A DNA stretch of 14,919 bases from an uncultured Chloroflexia bacterium. GTDB taxonomy: Bacteria; Chloroflexota; Dehalococcoidia; DSTF01; JALHUB01. Position 1 is the first letter of the stretch. Each line of letters begins with the position of its first letter. Below the pieces are notes generated by a model, which saw nothing but the letters and a program-made list of their open reading frames with translations, searched no databases and was not told the origin of the DNA. Positions 1 to 7,473 of the stretch are shown in pieces. Both the position numbers and the translations under genes were made by a program. The stretch is from assembly GCA_963726245.1 (NCBI GenBank), contig CAVSBT010000018.1, forward strand, positions 1 through 14,919. The letters run 5' to 3'.

Positions 1-7
1 GGTAGTC

Positions 8-1351
8 ATGGAGCCGCGCATCCAGTACGCCAAGACCGCCGACGGCGTGAGCATCGCCTTCTGGACGCTGGGGGAAGGCACGCCCGTCGTGTACATGCCA
101 ACTCTTCCCTGGAGCCATATCCAATTGGAGTGGCAGAATCCCGGCTGGCGCCGCTGGTACGAGCGGCTGGCGGAGAAGAGGAAGCTGATCCGCTACGACG
201 GGAGGGGGACGGGCCTTTCGGACCGCAACGTGGCCGACTACTCCGTCGACGCCCATATGCTGGACCTGCAGGCGGTGGTGGAACGCCTGGGCGTGCAGAG
301 ATTCGTTCTGTTCGGCACTTTCACAGCATGCCCGGTCGCCATCGCCTACGCGGCCCGCCAACCGGAGGCCGTATCCCATCTTGTGCTGTGGTGCCCGTGG
401 GCGTGGGCGGGAGCCCGCGGCCAGGTACTTCGGGCGCTGAGGGAGGGGGGGCAGTGGGAGCTATTCACGGAGGCAACGGCGCATGCCGTGTTCGGGTGGT
501 CGGCGGCTGAGGAAGCGCACCGCTACGCTGCCTACATGCGGGAATGCGCCACGGCAGAGACGGCACGCGCCATCTTTAGCGCGCTTGCGGAGTTTGATGT
601 CGCGGCCGTCCTTTCGCAAGTGAGGTCGCCTACCTTGATACTCCAGCGTCGCCAGGTCGCGCTGTTTCCCGGCCTGGAGATCGCCAAGGGTCTTGCCTCC
701 GCAATCCCGGATGCCCGCCTCGCCCTCCTGGAGGGGGCGTCGACCGTGCCGTGGATAGGCGACGTGGAGGCGGTGCTGGCGGCCATCGACGAGTTCCTGG
801 GGGATAGCGAGCCCGCCCCAGCCGGAGCCGAGCCGCCCGCAGCGGGCGGTGTCTGCACCATCCTCTTCACGGACGTGGAGGGGTCGACGGCGCTGACCGA
901 ACGGCTGGGGGACGCCAAGGCGCGGGAGGTGCTGCGAAACCACGAGCGCATCGTCCGGGAGGCGCTGCGGGCCCACGGCGGCGCGGAGGTGAAGGCGATG
1001 GGGGACGGGTTCATGGCCTCGTTCTCCTCGGCGACGCGGGCGCTGGAGTGCGCCATTGCCATGCAGAGGGCCTTCGCCGCCCACGATGATGAGCACCCGG
1101 AGACGCCGATACGCGTCCGTATCGGCCTGAACGCGGGGGAGCCGATAGCGGAGGACCAGGACCTATTCGGCACAGCGGTTCAGGTGGCGGCCCGCGTGTG
1201 TGCACACGCCCAGCCCTGCCAGATACTAGCCTCTAACGTTGTGCAGGAGCTTGCCGCTGGAAAAGGCTTCGCGTTCTCCGATCAAGGGGAAGCTGCCCTG
1301 AAGGGACTTGACAAGCCGGTCCGGCTGTACGAGCTGCACTGGCAGACCTAG
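8..1351 (+). CDS. Alpha/beta-hydrolase-fold sensor domain fused to a class III adenylate/guanylate cyclase (LipJ/Rv1900c-like architecture)
   Basis: 447-aa ORF. N-terminal hydrolase fold (YAKTADGVSIAF, LIRYDGRGTGLSDR). C-terminal cyclase motifs TILFTDVEGST, VKAMGDGFMA, RVRIGLNAGE, DLFGTAVQVAAR and LKGL. The Lys/Asp specificity pair suggests ATP as substrate. Confidence 0.92.
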   Translation: MEPRIQYAKTADGVSIAFWTLGEGTPVVYMPTLPWSHIQLEWQNPGWRRWYERLAEKRKLIRYDGRGTGLSDRNVADYSVDAHMLDLQAVVERLGVQRFVLFGTFTACPVAIAYAARQPEAVSHLVLWCPWAWAGARGQVLRALREGGQWELFTEATAHAVFGWSAAEEAHRYAAYMRECATAETARAIFSALAEFDVAAVLSQVRSPTLILQRRQVALFPGLEIAKGLASAIPDARLALLEGASTVPWIGDVEAVLAAIDEFLGDSEPAPAGAEPPAAGGVCTILFTDVEGSTALTERLGDAKAREVLRNHERIVREALRAHGGAEVKAMGDGFMASFSSATRALECAIAMQRAFAAHDDEHPETPIRVRIGLNAGEPIAEDQDLFGTAVQVAARVCAHAQPCQILASNVVQELAAGKGFAFSDQGEAALKGLDKPVRLYELHWQT

Positions 1352-1467
1352 CGCTCACCGCTGCGCCCTTCAACACACACGATCCGGACATGGTGACGCC
1401 AATCCCCGCGTGTTTGCGCCGTCTGCCTGTCGTGAATGAACACGTCCGGGGGCACCCAAGGTCTGTG

Positions 1468-1628
1468 AGTCAAACTTGCCTCTGACTACACAATGCCCGT
1501 CCGGCTGAGGAGTTATAAATGACGACTGCTGGGGGTACCTAACCTTCAGTCATATGACTTTTCCTACGGCCACCTAGGAGCACTCTGCGGCAGTCTGACC
1601 TCCCCTAGGCTGCCCTCCTAAGTCTGAC
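1468..1628. promoter_or_regulatory. Cluster of palindromes and direct repeats, putative transcription-factor operator array
   Basis: AGTCA-N10-TGACT (1468-1487); perfect palindrome AGTCATATGACT (1548-1559); CCTAGG at 1573 and 1604; AGTCTGAC at 1592 and 1621. All lie in a non-coding region. Confidence 0.4.
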
Positions 1629-1898
1629 AGGTTCAGCTATCTCCTCTGTCCTGTCCCTTGCGGCCCTTTGCTTCATTTCTCGATGATCTCGAGCCCCACG
1701 GCCGTCGACTTAACGTGGCCCGATGGGTGAGGTGACGCGCCGAAAGCCTCACACCCCGGCCAGCAGCTGATCCGCTATCTTCCGGTTCTTGGGCCTGTTA
1801 CTCCGGCTGGTAACGGCTAGTGGCATCCTCGGCGAGCCGGTGCCTCAGGCCCAACCTGCACGCATGGCAAGTTCCTCGAATTCAGTGGGACCTTTCAG

Positions 1899-1927
1899 TT
1901 GACAGTAGCTTGGCTTGGGGGTAGGGT
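1899..1927 (+). promoter_or_regulatory. Sigma70-type promoter of the redox operon
   Basis: TTGACA (1899-1904), 17-bp spacer, TAGGGT (1922-1927, fits TAnnnT). It lies ~120 bp upstream of the ATG at 2048, which has RBS AAGGAG at 2037-2042. Confidence 0.65.
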
Positions 1928-2047
1928 ATCGGCAAGCGGCCACCGTCGGCCGAACCCCCCGCCGCCTATCATGAAGTCGCCTTAGATGCGAACCATGCTG
2001 GCCTCAAGAGCTGCCAACGGCTGCCTATCGTCACGGAAGGAGTAGCG

Positions 2048-3613
2048 ATGACACTAAGCAAACCCAACGCGAGCGCGGCCACGCTCACCACCACAAGGGC
2101 GGATGTCTCACCGATATCAGGGATGTGCACCGCGTGCGTCGACGGCTGCACCGGCCCCTGCGAAATAGGCCGGTCGGCGCTGCGGGGCCGGGAGGTGCTC
2201 TACCCTCAGCCGTTCTCCAAGGTGACAGCCGGTTCGGAGAAGGACTACCCCATCGACTACTCCCACTTCAACATCATGGGAACCTGCGTGGGCGCGGTAG
2301 GGGTGGAGGCCGACTCGGACAAGGCGATCTTCCCCGCCGTTGACGTCACGACCGCCGTGGGCGCCGACGGCTCTCTCAAGATGCGGCTTCCGGTGTTCAC
2401 CGGCGCCCTCGGCTCCACCGAGATCGCCCGCGTGCACTGGGAGGGCATGGCCATTGCCGCGGCCATCGGCGGCGTCCTGGTCGTCGTGGGGGAGAACATC
2501 TGCGGCATGGACCCCGAATCGGAGATCCAGAACGGCAGGGTGGTGCGCTCGCCGGAGATGGAGCGCCGGGTGAATACCTTCAAGGAGTGGTACGACGGCT
2601 GGGGCGGCATCGTCGTCCAGTACAACGTAGAGGACGGACGCTTCGGGGTGCCGGAGTACGTGGTGGAGAAGCTGGGCGTCGAGATCGTCGAGATGAAGTG
2701 GGGCCAGGGAGCCAAGGACATCGGCGGCGAGGTGAAGCTGCCAACCCTCGAGCGCGCCGACCTCCTGAAGGGCCGCGGCTACATCGTCCTGCCCGACCCG
2801 ACGCAGGCTGACGCCCGCGACGCCTTCCATCGAGGGGAGTTTCAAGAGTTCGAGCGGCATTCCCGCCTGGGCATGGTGAGCGAGGAAGGGTTTCATCGTG
2901 AGGTGGAGCGGCTGCGCAGCGTGGGGGCGAAGTACGTTACCCTCAAGACAGGCGCCTACCGTCCGGCGGACCTCGCGCGCGCCGTGAAGTGGGCCTCCGA
3001 CGCAAAGATAGACCTGCTGACGGTCGATGGCGCCGGCGGCGGCACGGGTATGAGCCCCTGGCGCATGATGAACGAGTGGGGAATCCCCACCGTCCACCTG
3101 CAGTGCCTGCTCTACGACTACACGAGCCGGCTGGCGAAGAAGGGCGCCTACGTTCCCCCGGTCGCCATGGCGGGAGGCCTCTCGCTGGAAGACCACATCT
3201 TCAAGGCTATCGCGCTCGGCGCCCCTTACCTCAAGGCCTGCTGCATGGGCCGGGCCACCATGGCTGCGGCCATGGTCGGCAACACCTACGGTGAGCTGAT
3301 GAAGGAACGGGAGTACCCTGACCCCGAGGACCACGACGAGGCCCTGTTGAAGATATTCGTCGGGGCCGCTGCTCTGAAGGAGAAGTTCGGCGCAGACTTC
3401 AAGCGCATACCGCCGTCGGCCATCGGGATGCTCAACTACTTCGACCGGCTGTCAGGGGGGCTGAAGCAGCTAATGGCCGGGGCGCGCAAGTTCGGCCTGC
3501 AGTACCTGGAGAGGGATGACCTGGTGGCGCTGACGCCGGAAGCGGCGGCGGTCTCCGGCATACCCTACGTCATGGACCTGGACAAGGAAGAGGTAGACCG
3601 CATCCTGGGTTAG
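2048..3613 (+). CDS. Stand-alone FMN-binding glutamate synthase family protein
   Basis: 521 aa with a strong RBS. GltS FMN-barrel motifs EMKWGQGAKDIGGE, VTLKTG, DLLTVDGAGGGTGMSP, WGIP and MAGG. N-terminal CxxCxxxCxxxC motif. No amidotransferase domain. Confidence 0.9.
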   Translation: MTLSKPNASAATLTTTRADVSPISGMCTACVDGCTGPCEIGRSALRGREVLYPQPFSKVTAGSEKDYPIDYSHFNIMGTCVGAVGVEADSDKAIFPAVDVTTAVGADGSLKMRLPVFTGALGSTEIARVHWEGMAIAAAIGGVLVVVGENICGMDPESEIQNGRVVRSPEMERRVNTFKEWYDGWGGIVVQYNVEDGRFGVPEYVVEKLGVEIVEMKWGQGAKDIGGEVKLPTLERADLLKGRGYIVLPDPTQADARDAFHRGEFQEFERHSRLGMVSEEGFHREVERLRSVGAKYVTLKTGAYRPADLARAVKWASDAKIDLLTVDGAGGGTGMSPWRMMNEWGIPTVHLQCLLYDYTSRLAKKGAYVPPVAMAGGLSLEDHIFKAIALGAPYLKACCMGRATMAAAMVGNTYGELMKEREYPDPEDHDEALLKIFVGAAALKEKFGADFKRIPPSAIGMLNYFDRLSGGLKQLMAGARKFGLQYLERDDLVALTPEAAAVSGIPYVMDLDKEEVDRILG

Positions 3614-3642
3614 ACCGGGGCTGCCACGAAGGAGTATTCGAG

Positions 3643-3852
3643 ATGATGAACGTGCTCTGTCGACAGAACTGCCGCGTTCCTTATTGTGAGGCGGTTTGTC
3701 CTTCCGGCGCCATCACCGTGCACACCAACACCGTCTACGTGGAATCCGACGAGTGTGTGGGTTGCGGCATCTGCCGCCGCGCCTGCACCGCGTTCAGCTA
3801 CGACAAGGCGCTGGAGGAGAAGAGCCTCGATTGGCTGATGGGCAAGGCCTAG
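3643..3852 (+). CDS. Small dicluster [4Fe-4S] ferredoxin-like protein
   Basis: 69 aa with RBS AAGGAG at 3629-3634. Motifs CRQNCRVPYCEAVCP and CVGCGICRRAC (8 Cys). Confidence 0.85.
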   Translation: MMNVLCRQNCRVPYCEAVCPSGAITVHTNTVYVESDECVGCGICRRACTAFSYDKALEEKSLDWLMGKA

Positions 3853-3907
3853 GCCGAGCCCCGTTGCCCGGCGAAGGCTGTTCGCTCCTCTTCCGGCGAG
3901 TGCACCG

Positions 3908-5714
3908 ATGAGCGCAAGGACTAATCGCGTTCTCCGCGTCGACCTTAGCTCCGGCCGGCGCACCGTAGAGGAGCTTGACCCGGAGGCAGGCCGGGCGCTT
4001 CCTGGGCGGGCGCGGGCTGGCGGCGCACATCGTTGCCAGTGAGGTAGGCGCCGGGGCGGATCCGTTTGGCCCCGAGAACAAGGTCGTCGTGGCGCCCGGG
4101 CTCCTGACCGGAAGCGGCGCCGTCGGGGGCTCGCGCTGGTGCGTCGCCACCAAGTCGCCGCTGGGCGGCCTCGCCTGCAGCGTTCTCGGCGGCCACTTCG
4201 GCGCCGCGTTGAAGTTCGCCGGCTACGACGCCCTCATCATCGAAGGTCAGGCCGCCGAGCCCTCCTACCTCAACATCCGCGATGCTTCTGTCACAGCGGC
4301 GGTCGGGCTTCACCTCTGGGGCCGCACCGTTCAGCAGGCTGAAGAGCTCATCCGCTCGGAGGCGGGGGACGCCTGGAAGAGCAGCGAGACCCGCGTCTTC
4401 GGAATCGGACCGGCGGGCGAGAAGCTGTCCGCCGTGGCGACGATCGTGGCGGACGGCTACGGCTTTGGCCAGGGCGACGGCCTGGCGTCGGTGATGGCGT
4501 CCAAGAAGCTCAAGGCGGTCGCGGTGCGGGGGACGAGGGGACTGCCGGTGGCCGACGGGGAGGCCTTCCGCAACGCCATCTCGCACGCCATCGACCGGAT
4601 CAAGCGGTCCTCGCTGGTCAACGACGTACTGTCGCCGCTGGGCACCGCAGCGATGATCGAGGCGGCCGGCTCGCAGGGGACGCTGGGCGTGCGGCACTTC
4701 CAGGGCGGCATTCTGGAGGGGAGCGCCGCCCTCGGCGGCCGGGCCATCGCCGAGAGCATCCTCGTTCGCGGCCTGGGCTGCTTCGGCTGCCCGATAGCCT
4801 GCGGACGGCTCACCAGGATTCCTACCGCCGACTCGACGGCGGTCGGCGAGGGCCCGGACCACGCGGCGCTGGGAGCGCTGGGGGCTCTCTGCGGCGTCAC
4901 AGACCTGCAGGCGGTGACCCGCGCGAGCTACCTCTGCGCCGAGCAGGGGATCGACCCGGTCAGCGGCGGCTCGACCATCGCCTGCGCCATGGAGCTGGTG
5001 GAGAAGGGTCTAATCCCTGAGGCGGACCTGGGGTCCGAGCTCAGGTTCGGGGACGCCGAGGCGCTTCTGCTGCAGCTCAACCGCATCGCCCAGCGCCGCC
5101 GCTCCGGCGAGATCCTGGCCGATGGGCCCTCGGCGCTGGCGGAGAGGTACGGACAGCCCGAGCTGTTCATGGGCGTCAAGGGCCGCGCCGCCGCACCCTA
5201 CGACCCGCGCGGCGACGACGCGCTCGGCCTCTGGTACGCGACGGCCAACCATGGCCCGGGCCGAGTCGAGGCGACGCCCCTGGCGGGCCGCCTTCTGCGG
5301 GGCTCGAAGGAGGCTCCACCCGCTGAGGACGTGGTGGCGAGCGTGGTCGAGGGCCAGGACATGGAGGCGTTCCTCGACTCGTTGGGAGTCTGTCCGCTGG
5401 CGGCGATGGCGCTGCCGCTCGAGGATACGTTGCGGGTCGCCAACGCTGCCACGGGGCTCGAGCTATCGGCGGAGTCGGCGCGGCAGATAGGCGAGCGCGT
5501 GGTCAACCTGGAGCGGCGCCTTAACGTCGGATACGGCGTAGGGCAGGAGCAGGACCGGCTGCCCCGTCGCTGGCTCGAGGAGCCGATGCCGGACGGACCC
5601 GCGCAGGGCCGCGTATGCTCCCTCGGGCAGATGCTGCCGCAGTACTACCAGGCGCGAGGATGGAGCGAGACCGGCGTGCCGGGGCCGGAGAAGCTCTCTG
5701 AGCTGAAACTGTGA
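3908..5714 (+). CDS. Aldehyde:ferredoxin oxidoreductase (AOR/WOR) family protein with degenerate active site; +1 frameshift near 3985; ~601 aa when corrected
   Basis: ATG at 3908 reads MSARTNRVLRVDLSSGRRTVEELDPE (typical AOR N-terminus). It continues in the +1 frame as QAGRFLGGRGL, KSPLGG, LKFAGYD, IGPAGE, SKKLKAVAVRG, CFGCPIAC, DSLGVC, YYQARGW. Confidence 0.88.
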
Positions 5715-5738
5715 CCTAACCGGGAGACAGAGGTCGGC

Positions 5739-6113
5739 GTGCAGAAGATAAGGATCGACTACGACAAGTGCACCGGCTGCCGGTTGTGCGAGGTGGCATG
5801 CTCGCTGCACCACGTGCCGGACACGGTCGACCCGCAGCGCTCGCGGATCAGGGTGTTTCGAAAGGATGACCTCTGCTTCCCGGAGCTGGCCGGCCCGTAC
5901 ACGGACGCCGAGTGCAACTCCCGAAACATCGTGGTCATCGGCGGGCGGGAGTACGACAAGTGTCTTCTTTGCCGGGCCTCCTGCCCAGCGAAGCCCATCT
6001 TCCGGGAGCCGGACAGCGACATCCCGCTCAAGTGTGACTTCTGTGGCGTGCCGCCTAACCCCTCCTGCGTCAAGTGGTGCCCCAGCGGCGCCCTGGCGCT
6101 GGTCGAAGTCTGA
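5739..6113 (+). CDS. BamC-like [4Fe-4S] electron-transfer subunit
   Basis: 124 aa, GTG start after GAGGT. CTGCRLCEVAC, SRIRV, EYDKCLLCRASCP and FREPDSDIPLKCDFC...CVKWCP closely match my recollection of class II benzoyl-CoA reductase BamC (EYDEC..CRASCP...FREPDSGLPLKCD.C). Confidence 0.8.
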   Translation: MQKIRIDYDKCTGCRLCEVACSLHHVPDTVDPQRSRIRVFRKDDLCFPELAGPYTDAECNSRNIVVIGGREYDKCLLCRASCPAKPIFREPDSDIPLKCDFCGVPPNPSCVKWCPSGALALVEV

Positions 6114-6128
6114 CCCCGCAACGCAGCC

Positions 6129-6675
6129 ATGACTCTCAACATCTCCAGGAACATCCCGGCAACTCACCGTATCCGCGGAATCGAAGGCCTGGACCCCGAG
6201 ACCTGCTTCTCCTGCCGGAAGTGCTCGGCCGGATGCCCTGTCGCCGACGACATGGAGCTCGCCCCGCACCAGCTTGTCAGGCTGGTGGCGGCCGCCCTCG
6301 AGGAAGAGGCGCTGCGCAGCTCCGCGATCTGGCTCTGCACCTCCTGCCAGACCTGCACCACCCGCTGTCCGAACGGCGTGGACGTGGCTGGAGTGATGGA
6401 CGCTCTCAGGCAGCGGGCGGCGGCCTCCGGCGTGAAGCCCCGCGATGGGCGGGTGCTGGCCTTCTACCGCGCGTTCCTGGACGAAGTGAGGGCCCACGGC
6501 CGCGTCCACGAGGCGGCGCTCATGGCCCGCTACTCGCTGAGGGCCAGGCGGGTGCCGGGCGACATCCGGCTCGGCGCAAGGATGGTGCGGAAGGGGAAGA
6601 TCCCCCTCGCCCTGGCCGAAGAAGGCCGCGACGGGGGATATGCGCCGCCTGTTCGAGCGGGCGAAGGGAAGATGA
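6129..6675 (+). CDS. hdrC: Heterodisulfide reductase subunit C; +1 frameshift at about 6602-6635; ~181 aa when corrected
   Basis: CFSCRKCSAGCP and IWLCTSCQTCTTRCP ferredoxin motifs plus HGRVHE. After KGKIP the +1 frame reads ...GDMRRLFERAKGR*, a typical HdrC C-terminus. Its TGA (6673-6675) overlaps the hdrB ATG (ATGA). Confidence 0.85.
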
Positions 6676-7473
6676 CCGTGACCGTCGTCTCGTACTATCC
6701 CGGCTGCTCCCTGCACGGCATGTCACGCGAGTATGACGAGTCGACGAGGCTGGTCTTCGGCGCGCTGGGGATAGACCTGCGCGAACTGGCTGACTGGACG
6801 TGCTGCGGCGCCAGCGCGGGCCATTCGCTCGACCCGGCGCTGGCGGTGGCGCTGGCCGCGCGCAACCTGGAACTGGCCGAGGCCCAAGGGGCCGACTTGG
6901 TCGCCCCTTGCGCCGCCTGCTATCACCGGCTGAAGGTGGCCGAGAGGGAATCGTCCTCACGAGTGACGGTGCTCCACGCGCTGGACGTCGCCAGCAGCGC
7001 TGAGACGCTGGGCCGGCTGCGCGAGTCGGTGCGGCGGCCTCTGAACGGCCTCAAGGTCGTCTGCTACTACGGCTGCCTTCTGGTGAGACCTCCCGAAGGT
7101 CACCGGCAGGGCGGACTACGAGGACCCGCAGTCGATGGACCAGGTGATGTCGGCGGCTGGGGCCGACGTGCGCCCCTGGTCGTTCAAGACCGATTGCTGT
7201 GGCGCGGCGCTGGCGGTGGCGCGTCCGGACGTGGTGCGCCGGCTGAGCGGCCGCCTGGTGGAGATGGCCCGTGAGGCGGGCGCGGACTGCATCGTCACCG
7301 CCTGTCCTCTCTGCCAGACGAACCTGGACACGCGACAGGACGAGCCCGGCCTGCCCGTGCTGTACTTCACCGAGCTGCTGGCCTGCGCGCTTGGGCTGGA
7401 GGGAACCGGGTCGTGGTGGCGGCGGCACATGGTCGACCCGGCGCCGGTTCTGGCGAAGGCGGAGCTCCTCTGA
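6672..7473 (+). CDS. hdrB: Heterodisulfide reductase subunit B; +1 frameshift near 7097; ~266 aa when corrected
   Basis: Two CCG domains: YYPGC, WTCCG, PCAAC, YYGCLLVRP, then in the +1 frame VTGRADYEDPQSMD, DCCG and TACPLCQTNLD. Confidence 0.9.

Noticed and set aside
1352-1898. Known large ncRNA (RNase P, tmRNA, OLE, rRNA fragment) or CRISPR array in the long intergenic region
   Set aside because: No hallmark sequences (GAGGAAAGUCC, tRNA-like ends) and no regularly spaced identical repeats were found on either strand by eye.
3908-6113. Calling the AOR-like/Fe-S pair a bona fide class II benzoyl-CoA reductase BamBC
   Set aside because: The large subunit follows classical AOR sequence patterns (GEGP.., YDPRG) and lacks BamB-specific motifs; only the small subunit is BamC-like.
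6129-7274. Apparent 381-aa HdrC-HdrB fusion in the ORF track
   Set aside because: The +1 frame carries a normal HdrC C-terminus (MRRLFERAKGR*) whose stop overlaps the hdrB ATG, so the fusion is better explained by a single-base insertion. The ORF's tail after RPPE is also out of frame.
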